This document shows positions 1-9,072 of a DNA stretch of 64,000 nt, in pieces. The DNA comes from a virus (Duplodnaviria; Caudoviricetes): positions 64,001 through 128,000 of the IMG/VR virus record IMGVR_UViG_3300031555_002371. One strand, given 5' to 3'. Position 1 is the stretch's first letter, and the number at the start of each line of letters is the position of its first letter. Under the pieces are notes generated by a model. That model saw only the letters and a program-made list of their open reading frames with translations, had not been told where the DNA came from and made no database searches. Made by a program: the position numbers and the translations under genes.

Positions 1-1358
1 ACCATTCCACTGATGTCAAGGTTCAATCTTTCCTCAGTGATTGCCCGATTAGCCATAGAAGCGGTTGCTTCATCCAATGTATCAATGATAGCGGAATATT
101 CTTTTCTATTTTTGACGAGCTTATTATAAACAGCGTTATCATAATGATTAAAGTTGGCATCCGACTCCATTGCTTCGATACATTTTGTTAGTATATCGTA
201 ATATTCTTGAGCAGTACCAGTATCAAATTCTATGCTGGTTAAAGTTGTTACGAAATTAGAATCCCATTCAGCACTCGCGCCTTCAATAGAATTAATTATT
301 TTAGCCGCTTCTTCATCCCAGCCATCAACGGTTAACTCTATTCCTCCCCAACTTGAAGCCCATGATGCCCAACCAGAATCTTCGACGTCTCTTACATATG
401 CATTGTTATAACTTTTTTTAGCCTCTGAATATGCAGCAACAAAGTCTGATTGTTGAGTTTTAACTTCTTCAAGTTGAAGTTGTTTTAATTTAAGTATTTG
501 GTCATCAAGTTTACCATTTACCAAATCTAAGCCATCAACTTCTCCGCTAACAAGACTATTGATTTCTTTCTGAATATCTCGAATTTCAATTCTTGTATCA
601 GCATCAATAAATTCTTGACTTGCTAACTCTTGATATTTTTTAATTAACTGGTCAATTTGTTCTTGTTCTGCTTCATGTTCTTTTGTTATTTCTATTGCCG
701 CTTCAGCTGCTTCTTTGGATTTTTCGGAAGCATCTACTGCGGCGGTTGATAACTTATTAAATGCTGCGACAACACCAATTATTGCCGCTATTGCTAATAG
801 CCAAGGATTTGCTGCAAGCGCTGCGGTAAGCCCTTTGACTGCACCCTTGGCAACTACGGTCGCAGATGTAAAGAGTCCAGTTGCGGCAGTAGCACTGGTT
901 GTTGCTGCGGTAGAGGCAGCTTTTGCCACGGCTTCTTCTGCTTGGGCTTTGGATAACCCTTTATGCATAAGTATCTCGATTTGCTGTTCTTTAGCAAGCG
1001 AAGTTGTTGCTAAAAGCTGCGCCAAAACTGACGCTGACAGGTTGGAGGTTGCAACAGCGGCGGCGATTTGTTCAGCAGTCAGTCCACTGGTTGCAAGAGA
1101 TTCAGCCGTAATCGAATTTGCAAGATTAGTTTTTGTAAGTGCCGCATACAAATCCGCACTCGACATAGTATTCGTTGAAGCGATTAATGTAGCTCTATCT
1201 ACGGATAAACCTTTTTCTTTTAAAATCTGTATCTGTTCGGCGGCAGTTAATTTTGTTTTGGCAAGTGCGGCAACTGTATCTGCAGTAGACATTTTGGCAG
1301 TTGCCACACGAACTGCATCAATGCTTGTAGCTCCTTGTAACCCCAAAATACGTATTTG
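1..1358 (-). CDS. Tape measure protein, exon 3 (runs off window start)
   Basis: Manually translated open frame QIRILGLQGATSIDAVRVATAK...LTAALAANPWLLAIAAIIG...; Ala-rich and helical; no stop down to position 1; absent from the ORF track because it has no stop in the window. Confidence 0.85.
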
Positions 1359-1402
1359 CATAAATATATTACAAGGAATTAAGAATAAATCAGAAAAACC
1401 GC

Positions 1403-1431
1403 TTGAAAAACCTCTCGTTTTATGTTATAAT
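1403..1431 (+). promoter_or_regulatory. sigmaA promoter of intron cargo gene
   Basis: TTGAAA-17nt-TATAAT with extended TG; preceded by TAAATCAGAAAAACC, the upstream motif of the phage early promoters. Confidence 0.8.
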
Positions 1432-1461
1432 AATATCACCATATGAAAGGTGGTGTCATTA

Positions 1462-1782
1462 ATGAGTGAATATTCAAAGATAATTGGCGAAAGGGAAATG
1501 GTTTGCCCTTATTGCGGACATAATAAATCGAATATACACCAATGTGTAGAAGATAACAATATTTTTGGAGAATGCCAAGGGTGCGGAAGAATGACATTTA
1601 ACGAATTTAATACTTCATCGAATGTAAATAAACCAATTGTTAGATGCCCTTATTGTAATTCTGGAAATACGAGAAAAATTACAAAAGCATCAAAAATCGG
1701 TGGTATTGCACTATTTGGTATTTTTGCTGTTGGCAAATCTACAAAAGAGTGGCATTGTAATGATTGTAAAAGTGATTTCTGA
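1462..1782 (+). CDS. Zn-ribbon protein with a hydrophobic segment (intron cargo, antisense to tape measure gene)
   Basis: RBS GAAAGGTGG then ATG 1462; four CxxC pairs (CPYC, CQGC, CPYC, CNDC) and IGGIALFGIFAVG segment. Confidence 0.85.
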   Translation: MSEYSKIIGEREMVCPYCGHNKSNIHQCVEDNNIFGECQGCGRMTFNEFNTSSNVNKPIVRCPYCNSGNTRKITKASKIGGIALFGIFAVGKSTKEWHCNDCKSDF

Positions 1783-1789
1783 TTATTGT

Positions 1790-1821
1790 GCGCATTGTCT
1801 TTTTAGGCAGTGCGCTTTTTT
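1790..1821 (+). terminator. Intrinsic terminator of cargo gene
   Basis: GCGCAUUGUCU-UUUU-AGGCAGUGCGC followed by U6; fully paired (with G.U) only on the + strand. Confidence 0.85.
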
Positions 1822-2248
1822 GTACATTGGAACATACATTAATAGTAAATAAAATATGGCTTTCATTTACTACAAGGAATGGTGTTCTCTGAACGTTCTT
1901 ATCATAAAAATTCTTATCCCGACATTGCTTGCACAATTGCTACTATCGGATTATACAATTAAACCTTTCGGCTGATAAGTGCGCTGCTCGTTACCAATTG
2001 TATATCTGTCCGGCATTATTTTTTAGCCGTAGAAAACTTACTCCCATGTACTAATGGTTTGACTTATTTACCTTGTTTTTCGGCTACTTCAAATAGAGAA
2101 GTGTAGTAAGTATTATGGTTTCAAGCAATTTCTCCTTTTGTTATTTTAGAACTTTCATCCTATGGAATTATTTTTATCGCCATTATGATAAATCTTCTCC
2201 CATAGTAGACCAAACACATTTTGGGATGTGTTATAACTTTTTAGGTTA

Positions 2249-2821
2249 ATCGAGGTTCTTTACAAACGCATAAATTCCAACGCCTGCGATTGCTATGTTC
2301 AACATCCCAAACGTATCAATAATCCAATTCAATACGTTTAACAATGTTGTCCCAGTATCAATTAAACCGCCAAGCATATCATCGTCAAGAATTGTTTGAG
2401 ATAAATCTTGCCATGCAGCTTTAAATTGATTGACTTTTGCTTCAAGACTTTCAAGCCATTTCTCATGCTCTGATAAGGCTGAGCCTTTGGAGTTTTCAGA
2501 AGTATCTAATACACTTCTTGCTACATCAAAGTTGGTCATCAAAGACGAGAACACGTTGCCCTGTCTTTTACCAGCCAGTAATTCTTGAATACTTGCTCGC
2601 TGAATATCAGATAAGTTTTCCCATTTTTCTGAAAGCTCATCTAAAATATCATATGTTGATTTGAATGTGTTTTCATCAAGCATGATATCAACACCGGACA
2701 AGGCGAGAATTTCTTCTCTTAATATAGCCGTTGATTCAGCCATACCGTCTATTTCGAGTCCTGCGGCTTCAAGTTCTGTTTTAGCCGCACGAATTCTCAT
2801 GCTTATGGTTTTAAACGCTGT
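2249..2821 (-). CDS. Tape measure protein, exon 2
   Basis: TAFKTISMRIRAAKTELE...LAGKRQGN...AFVKNLD, TP901-type TMP core; no RBS of its own. Confidence 0.88.
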
Positions 2822-4088
2822 CAGTCTGTTACTTTCGGTTTTCACCTACTGACCATACAATAATATATGGCGGTTAGTCATTTCTGGCTAACTCTGCAAT
2901 TTCATTTTCAGATTATAGTTGCAGCTCGGACTGTATCTTCTCACAATAACGAAACTCATTATGTTGCCATAAAGAGTATTACAGTCTCTAAGGATTCTTT
3001 ATAGATGTTGATTTATAGATATGTCAAATGATTAGGCATTAACTCTATCTATCTTGATATGGTAAAATGATATTTTCATTTAATTCTAATTTGTTATGTT
3101 TTATATGATAATTAAAGGAATGATAATTGGGAAGTATTCCTTTTGATTTGATGTATCGTTTTATCAATCTCTTACATAAATATGGGCGGTTATATATATC
3201 ATCTTCCCACAAATATAATATCTCGACATTATAATTATTTTTTATGTAAGTATGTTTTGCTTTGTCTTTTGGAATTCTTTTCTGTTGGATTGAATTAATA
3301 TTGCCAGTATATTTTAGTGGATTGCTATGCCAAAAATCTCCCATAACTTCAATAATTAAATTAGACTCAAATAAATAATTATCTACACAGTAATATTTAT
3401 AAGACTTCTCATTAATATATCCAACATTCATTTTTTCCAACATATCATTAACACTTTTTTGCGGTTTGGTGTTTGTACTAATAGAACCGATTTCTAAAAT
3501 TTTTGTTGCACGAATTCTCGATTTTTCTTTCCATGAATCTTGTTGAGACCAAACATTTGAATACCAATCTCTACGACATTTATCCGAGCAAAATAAACGT
3601 TGACCATTTTTAGTTTTATACTTTTTAACGATAATTTCTTTCCCACAACATTCACAACTGGCTTTTTCTCTCGTATATCTCGAATTCTTTTCTCCTGTTT
3701 GAAGTTTTTGCCACTCCTTTTGACAATAGGTAGAGCATAAGGTTTGTGTTGAACGTTTGCTAACCTCAAACTCCTTGTTACAAATTAAACATTTTCTTGT
3801 TTCGTGCGTTTCTTTATGTTGAAATTCTTTTTGACACTTGCCACTACAATAATGATGTTTTGCGCGATTATATTGTGTCCTTGTTTGCGTTATTATTTTC
3901 CCACAATTCTCGCACTCAACAAATAATAAATGTGTACATTCTTTTGCTATATAAACATCTCCTTTTTCTTATAAAAAACACGTCCTTCCTAATTGACGTG
4001 TTACAACATCTATAAAGTCTTTCCTCGGTCTTGACCATCTCTGGCTTTTAACCGATATAGTTATTTTTAAAGTCGGCAGTATTCGTTT
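2822..4088 (-). mobile_element. Group I intron 1 in the tape measure gene, with homing endonuclease ORF
   Basis: P1 GUCGGU/GCCGAC(4072-77) with U.G at the splice site; P UAUCGGU, Q AAGACCGAG, R CCUUAGAGACUG(2982-93), S AAGAUACAGUCC(2928-39); terminal G at 2822; splicing gives QDADSVG|TAFKTISMRIR. Confidence 0.92.
3045..3950 (-). CDS. Intron-encoded putative homing endonuclease (N-terminal CxxC/CxxxC Zn repeats, C-terminal Vsr/DUF559-like PD-(D/E)xK domain)
   Basis: Frame open from ATA 3950 (AGGAG 8 nt upstream): CENCG..YCSGKC..CLICNK..LCSTYC..CECCG..FCSDKC then IIEVMGDFWHSNP..KDKAK..ILYLWE; ORF track shows only the 132-aa tail. Confidence 0.8.
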   Translation of the reverse strand: MAKECTHLLFVECENCGKIITQTRTQYNRAKHHYCSGKCQKEFQHKETHETRKCLICNKEFEVSKRSTQTLCSTYCQKEWQKLQTGEKNSRYTREKASCECCGKEIIVKKYKTKNGQRLFCSDKCRRDWYSNVWSQQDSWKEKSRIRATKILEIGSISTNTKPQKSVNDMLEKMNVGYINEKSYKYYCVDNYLFESNLIIEVMGDFWHSNPLKYTGNINSIQQKRIPKDKAKHTYIKNNYNVEILYLWEDDIYNRPYLCKRLIKRYIKSKGILPNYHSFNYHIKHNKLELNENIILPYQDR

Positions 4089-5693
4089 ACCGACTGAATC
4101 TGCATCTTGCACTACGGTATTTGCCGCAGTAATAAGAGCAATAGATTCATCAAGCGTATTATTTGCAGCGGCTAATGAAGAAGCAGACCTTTGGAGTGCT
4201 TCACCAATACTGCCTGACGAAATAGCAAAGTTATTACCTACTGCATTAAACTTATCAACAATTGTTATTGCATCATCAGCTTCAATCTTAAACGCAGCCA
4301 TTGTGGATATAATGCTTTGTGTTGCGGCATCAATATTTTCTATTTCATCACCAACAACAGAATAAATGTTGGCGACCTCTGCCAGCGATTCAGATTCCGA
4401 AAAACTAAAACCTAAACGAGCAAAATCTGCTGTTGACTTAACCAATTCAGAAATAGTTGTTCCAAGTTTTTGAGCTTTTTTCCCGGCATTATCAAGAAAT
4501 TTATCATATGTTTCATCAGTTTCGTCCGTAACCTTTTTTAATTCGGTCATGGCAGTATTAACATTATAAACATTTTGAAACATCTGTTTAAAAGCATTTA
4601 CAATTTGATAAATTGCGGTTGAAACACCAACATATCTCCAAATACTCTTAAATGCTGCGGTTAATTGAGTACCAAATGACTTACCAGTCTTTCCCGCAAG
4701 CTGAGCCTGAACTTTAATGTCTCTAAATTCTTGCTCAATAGTATCTAATTTGATTTTTGAATCTTCACACGAACCATCAAGCTCTGATAACCTTTTGCGA
4801 AGTTTTTCAATGTCCGCACCAAAATCATTTGTAGCCTTTGTGTTTTTTTGCAACCAAGATGAAATCTGGTTATCTAATGAGTTGATTTGGGATAGACTTA
4901 CAAAACTTTTTGTTTCAGATGTAATGGTCGCAAGTGTATTTCTAACCCTTTGCAAAACATTATTGTATTCAGTATAACTCGTAACCAACGAGGTAGGGTC
5001 TGTTGCGCCTTTCATAGCGGTTTGTAATTTTTCAAGCTTCGCTAAATCATCTTTTACAAGAGATAACTTCTTGTGTTCTCCTGCTCCAAGTTTTTCGTAT
5101 TGCGCGGCGACTTTTGCAATCGAAGCCTCGATGCCACCATTTTTAAGTTGTGCTTTAATTTGATTTACTAACGCTTGTGAATCTGTTGCAACTGTAGAAA
5201 GAGAGTTTTTTACTCTTGCTAAAACATCGTTATACTTTGTATAACTTGTAACCAAGGTTGTTGAATCTGTGGCGTTGCTCATGGCGGCTTGTAATCTTCC
5301 AAGCTCCGCTAAATCTTTCTCTATAAGAGATAACTTACCGTGTCCTGTTGTGCCAAGTTTTTCGTATTGCGCAGTAACTTTGGCAATTGATGATTCAATA
5401 CCACCATTATTAAGCTGCGTATTAATTCGATTTACTAACGCTTGTGAAAAAGACTGCCCAGCAGTTTTTCCTGCGTTTTGCATCTGACTATCAACATTAG
5501 CCATCTTTATACCATCAAGACTGATAGTAAATCTATGGTTATCTAATGATGCCTGAATTTGAGACGGGAGACCACTCGTATCGAGTCTAATCTTTCTCAA
5601 AACAAGCGTGTTATCTCTTGATATTTTTTGAAGTTGGGAGGGTATTTTGGAAGCATCTAATTCCGCTAATATTCTTGCTCTAAAATCAGACAT
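4089..5693 (-). CDS. Tape measure protein, exon 1
   Basis: Coiled-coil with TMP motifs AMTELKKVTD, STADFARLG, VDKFNAVGNNFAISS, ESIALITAAN; RBS GGAGG. Confidence 0.9.
4912..5445 (-). repeat. Two tandem ~267-nt (89-aa) repeats in TMP exon 1
   Basis: QALVN..L.NGGIE.SIAKV.AQYEKLG..KLSL..DLA.L..LQ.AM..ATD.T.LVTSYT.YN.VL.RV.N.L repeated; tttactaacgcttgtga at 5164 and 5431. Confidence 0.85.
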
Positions 5694-5750
5694 TATTTTT
5701 TAACCTCCATATATTATTTAAGTGCATAAAACACATCGATTTAATAAAAC

Positions 5751-5775
5751 AGCACCGCACAGTTAAGGCGGTGCT
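5751..5775. terminator. Hairpin terminator after recombinase gene
   Basis: AGCACCGC-9nt-GCGGTGCT with short A/T runs on both sides. Confidence 0.65.
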
Positions 5776-5786
5776 TTTCGTTATTC

Positions 5787-6845
5787 TTATAAATCTTCGA
5801 GAGTTGTGGATTCAACCTTTTTAATTCCATCTGCTCCAAAATATTTCTCTAACTGCGAATCACCGGAACGGTCATCATAGATTCTTAACATATCACTCGA
5901 TGTCCAACCTTGAATTGTTTGTACAAGATTCTCAGGCAAGTTCTGTTCAAGTAAGTATGTGGTATATGCATGACGCAAGCTATGGAAATAAAAAGGTCTT
6001 CCAAGCAAATTGGTAAATGTTCTCGCCATTGAATTCATCAATGGAACTTCGATATGTTCATCAACCCATTTGCCATCTTTAAATTTAGGGAATAACCAAT
6101 CACTTGTAATCCCAAGTCGCTCCCTTTCTTTTAACCAGTAGTCAAGATAGGGTTTAAACGGTTTTGCAAGTGTATAAACATCAAGCAATTTTCCGCGTTG
6201 ACCGCGACCTTTTGTTACCATTTTTTCAGGTGTCTTATATAAAGCACCATCACAAATTAAATTTTCATCGTCGAAATAAGACGCTTTAAATCTTGTCAAT
6301 TCAGTTTTTCTTTTGCCACTATACATGGCAAGTGCAAGCACACAGGCTTTCATATAATCCTTATCTTCAATGAGCTTGTCCAACAAAGGCTGTAAATCTT
6401 CCATTTGGAACACGGTTTTTACTCTCACCGCTTCATCTGCAGGAGATTCGATTTTGCGAACAATCGGCTTATATCCATCATATTCATCATCTAAAATATT
6501 CTCAATGTAGTTACTTAAAGACGAGATAGTAGCCTTAACCGTTCTAATTCGTTTTGGACTCCATTGCCAAACATTAATAGCATGGCTTTGAAACTTAGTG
6601 ATTTCACGCTTAGTTAAATCGACAAAAAACTTATTCTTATTGAACTCCAAATTCCAGCACCAAAAGATATGTAAATTGGCACGGTATTGTTTAATTGTTC
6701 CTTTCGACCTATCAATAGATTCAAGATATTCAATAAAATCATTTTCTAATTGAATATTATCTTGATTGACTTCTTTCATCTTTTCTGTGGAAGTAATTTC
6801 ATTGTAGACAGTCGTTCTACCATCTTTAATGTTACCCAAAATCAT
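5787..6845 (-). CDS. Tyrosine recombinase (XerC/integrase family) in tail module
   Basis: YSGKRKTEL, HSLRH, QGW..DMLRIY catalytic residues. Confidence 0.88.
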   Translation of the reverse strand: MILGNIKDGRTTVYNEITSTEKMKEVNQDNIQLENDFIEYLESIDRSKGTIKQYRANLHIFWCWNLEFNKNKFFVDLTKREITKFQSHAINVWQWSPKRIRTVKATISSLSNYIENILDDEYDGYKPIVRKIESPADEAVRVKTVFQMEDLQPLLDKLIEDKDYMKACVLALAMYSGKRKTELTRFKASYFDDENLICDGALYKTPEKMVTKGRGQRGKLLDVYTLAKPFKPYLDYWLKERERLGITSDWLFPKFKDGKWVDEHIEVPLMNSMARTFTNLLGRPFYFHSLRHAYTTYLLEQNLPENLVQTIQGWTSSDMLRIYDDRSGDSQLEKYFGADGIKKVESTTLEDL

Positions 6846-6853
6846 TACCTCCT

Positions 6854-7285
6854 TTATATTTTTTTGAAGAATTTTCTAAAAGTACGATTTAGAGTTTTCT
6901 CCATTTTCTTCTCTGATGCTTCCCAAAAACCTTTTTTACCAAGCGTAGGTCTTAAATATCCAACGCTACTTTTTGTTATACCTGAATTTGCGAGCTTCAA
7001 AACATCTAACATATTTGGGTTTTTGCCAGTTGTATACTGATGAGATGTATCAAGATATGCTTCAAAAGACACAGTATTGGCTGTAACTATTGGTGCAGTG
7101 GTACTCGGAGTATCACCAAGCGCACCGGTACGCTCATACGATTTTGGTTTGCCTTTAGTGTAGAATTTATATGTTTCTCCATACATATCTGCCAACATTT
7201 GTTCGGATGCCACGTTCATAGACTTCTGTATTTCCTTCATAAGCATGGCATTTAATTCGTCCATGTTTTTTGCTACTTTTTTCAT
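6854..7285 (-). CDS. Putative neck/tail completion protein (HK97 gp10-like)
   Basis: YERTGAL motif, size, position in tail module. Confidence 0.5.
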   Translation of the reverse strand: MKKVAKNMDELNAMLMKEIQKSMNVASEQMLADMYGETYKFYTKGKPKSYERTGALGDTPSTTAPIVTANTVSFEAYLDTSHQYTTGKNPNMLDVLKLANSGITKSSVGYLRPTLGKKGFWEASEKKMEKTLNRTFRKFFKKI

Positions 7286-7299
7286 GGCATCCACACCTA

Positions 7300-7836
7300 T
7301 TAAGCATTGGTCACATTCGCATTAGCCTGACCAAACAATTTCATAATTGTTCCCATATCTAAATTCGCACCATTCATTTTTCCAAAAAGAGAAGTAATTT
7401 TCTCAATGTTTTCCGGAGTAAGTGCGCTATTCATATTATCGACTACCTGCATAATAACCTTTTTGATAAGTTCGACTGCTCCAAATACCGAGGTTTTCTT
7501 CTGCTCAACAATCTTCATTGCTTCGCCATACGCTGTTGCAAATGTAAGAGAGTATTCGTTGGTTTTCAAAGATTCATTAAAGCAATGAATAAACTGTTTA
7601 TCGGCAACAATACTTTCCATTTCAAGAGCATCAACTACATTATGGGGAATGTCTGCATCAAACTTACTCTCTTTTACGCACTCATTATAAAAAACTCTCA
7701 TTGCATTGAGCAAACCGATATGTGGGGTATATTCTCCGTTAGTGTCAAAATATTCGAGTGCAATATCGTTTACGGCAGATACGAAACCCACAATGCTCAA
7801 ATTGGTGTCAATAACCATTGTATTATTCTGTTCCAT
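7300..7836 (-). CDS. Hypothetical protein (possible tail assembly chaperone)
   Basis: 178 aa with RBS AAGGAG; synteny only. Confidence 0.6.
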   Translation of the reverse strand: MEQNNTMVIDTNLSIVGFVSAVNDIALEYFDTNGEYTPHIGLLNAMRVFYNECVKESKFDADIPHNVVDALEMESIVADKQFIHCFNESLKTNEYSLTFATAYGEAMKIVEQKKTSVFGAVELIKKVIMQVVDNMNSALTPENIEKITSLFGKMNGANLDMGTIMKLFGQANANVTNA

Positions 7837-7864
7837 TCTTGTATTAACTCCTTTAAGTTCTTGT

Positions 7865-8386
7865 TTATTTAATTAAATTATTTCTGGACAAAAAACAATC
7901 CAAATCATATGTATATCTTGTCCTCTTTTTCTTTTGTGGTATTGTAAAAAAAGGAATCTTATGTTCCTCAAGGTCTTTTAGTGTAAAACTCTTTTTTGGC
8001 AAAAGAGTCATCACCTTGTTCATATCTTTTATATTAAGAAAAATTGTTTTTTCTAATTCTCTAAATTCAATGAGCAACCCACACGTTATCCCGTCGTATT
8101 TATCCCATTCATTTAGGCTGGTTATTTGATGTGTGTGTATTACTCCTTTATCATCCTTGTTTCGTTCAAAAGATATGGATTTACCGGCAACAGTTTTAGC
8201 TTCTATCGCATATAAGATATGTCTTTTAGAATCCCATAATAAAAAATCAAAAGGATTCTTTGCGGAAAAACGAAGGTTGTTGCTTCCACCAAATGATTGT
8301 GCTGGGTCAGATAACCTATGTAATAGTGCATAATCTGGGACAGACTTTGATAACTGTGATTCAAAAATCTTGCCTATTCCTTGTAT
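7865..8386 (-). CDS. recU: RecU-family Holliday junction resolvase (probable ATA start)
   Basis: GKIFE, NPFDFLL, AIEAKT, IHTHQI..L motifs; GGTGGT RBS before ATA 8386. Confidence 0.8.
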   Translation of the reverse strand: MQGIGKIFESQLSKSVPDYALLHRLSDPAQSFGGSNNLRFSAKNPFDFLLWDSKRHILYAIEAKTVAGKSISFERNKDDKGVIHTHQITSLNEWDKYDGITCGLLIEFRELEKTIFLNIKDMNKVMTLLPKKSFTLKDLEEHKIPFFTIPQKKKRTRYTYDLDCFLSRNNLIK

Positions 8387-8402
8387 AACAACCACCACCG
8401 TT

Positions 8403-8630
8403 TTATTTTGGTCTATTCTCAATCCATTTCTTATACACAAAATTTGTTTCGCTTTTTAGATACCAGCAAGTTAATTTGCCTGGCTCTCCTTCTTTTTCCC
8501 AAATAAACTTTGGCTGGCAGCCGTGTTTTGCATAGAAAATCTGTTGTTTAATGAAATCAATAGGGACAAGATTTTCTCTGCCGTAGCACTCAAATGCCTC
8601 CTCTAACGATTCAAAATCAATAGTTTTCAT
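8403..8630 (-). CDS. Hypothetical protein
   Basis: MKTIDFESLEEA..; RBS GGAG. Confidence 0.6.
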   Translation of the reverse strand: MKTIDFESLEEAFECYGRENLVPIDFIKQQIFYAKHGCQPKFIWEKEGEPGKLTCWYLKSETNFVYKKWIENRPK

Positions 8631-8745
8631 TTCTTTTTTCTCCATTCTTGCGAAAAAAATAGGAGACGAACACTTGATTGCATAGTATATTTGCTTCAAG
8701 AGAACGCCTCCTCGTCTATTTCTCATAACTACTATACAAGCTGTA

Positions 8746-9009
8746 TTATTCTGCGTCTTTAACAGTTTCGTCCGTTTCTTCTACGGGGTTTTCGTCAACA
8801 GTTGTTTTCTTAAAATTTCTCTTTTTATGAGAAATAACTACTTCTTCTTCAATTTCAATATTCTCAACAATTGTGTATTTGCCATCTTCATGCTTTACAA
8901 ATACAGTTTTCGCATCTTTATTAATAGATGGAAATTGGATTTCAATATTATCAAATCTTACAACCGTTACAGCCTTATTGTTGAGAATAACAGGACACTC
9001 TTTTGTCAT
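8746..9009 (-). CDS. Hypothetical protein
   Basis: 87 aa, RBS AAGGAG. Confidence 0.65.
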   Translation of the reverse strand: MTKECPVILNNKAVTVVRFDNIEIQFPSINKDAKTVFVKHEDGKYTIVENIEIEEEVVISHKKRNFKKTTVDENPVEETDETVKDAE

Positions 9010-9034
9010 AGCAATTCTCCTTTAATAAGAATCA

Positions 9035-9055
9035 GCGGGAGTTTCTTACTCCCGC
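9035..9055. terminator. Hairpin after major tail gene
   Basis: GCGGGAGT-TTCTT-ACTCCCGC. Confidence 0.55.
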
Positions 9056-9072
9056 CAATTAACAGCTATAAA

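Larger units (their letters stand above)
1359..2248 (-). mobile_element. Group I intron 2 in the tape measure gene, carrying an antisense cargo gene
   Basis: P3 AAGGAG(2132-37)/UUCCUU(1874-79); P4 UGCUUG(2122-27)/CGAGCA(1985-90); R UUCAGAGAACA(1883-93) with S UGUUCC(1829-34); P8 UAGUAAAU/AUUUACUA; IGS UGUGUUUGGUC(2208-18) pairs the ligated junction GAU|CAAAUACG with a U.G at the 5' splice site; terminal G at 1359; splicing restores frame KNLD|QIRIL. Confidence 0.8.

Noticed and set aside
1310-1395. Alternative 3' splice sites for intron 2 (CUG|AUUU, AUUG|AUGC)
   Set aside because: They need non-U 5' splice sites or weaker pairing; AUG|CAA gives continuous IGS pairing with U.G and keeps frame
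715-1446. 243-aa + strand ORF
   Set aside because: Antisense shadow of Ala-rich TMP exon 3; no RBS
2822-2845. GTG start for the 199-aa ORF
   Set aside because: These codons are the 3' end of intron 1; splicing restores the conserved motif
3494-3769. 91-aa minus ORF and an apparent frameshift in the endonuclease
   Set aside because: Re-reading shows one continuous frame 3950-3045; this ORF is an off-frame overlap
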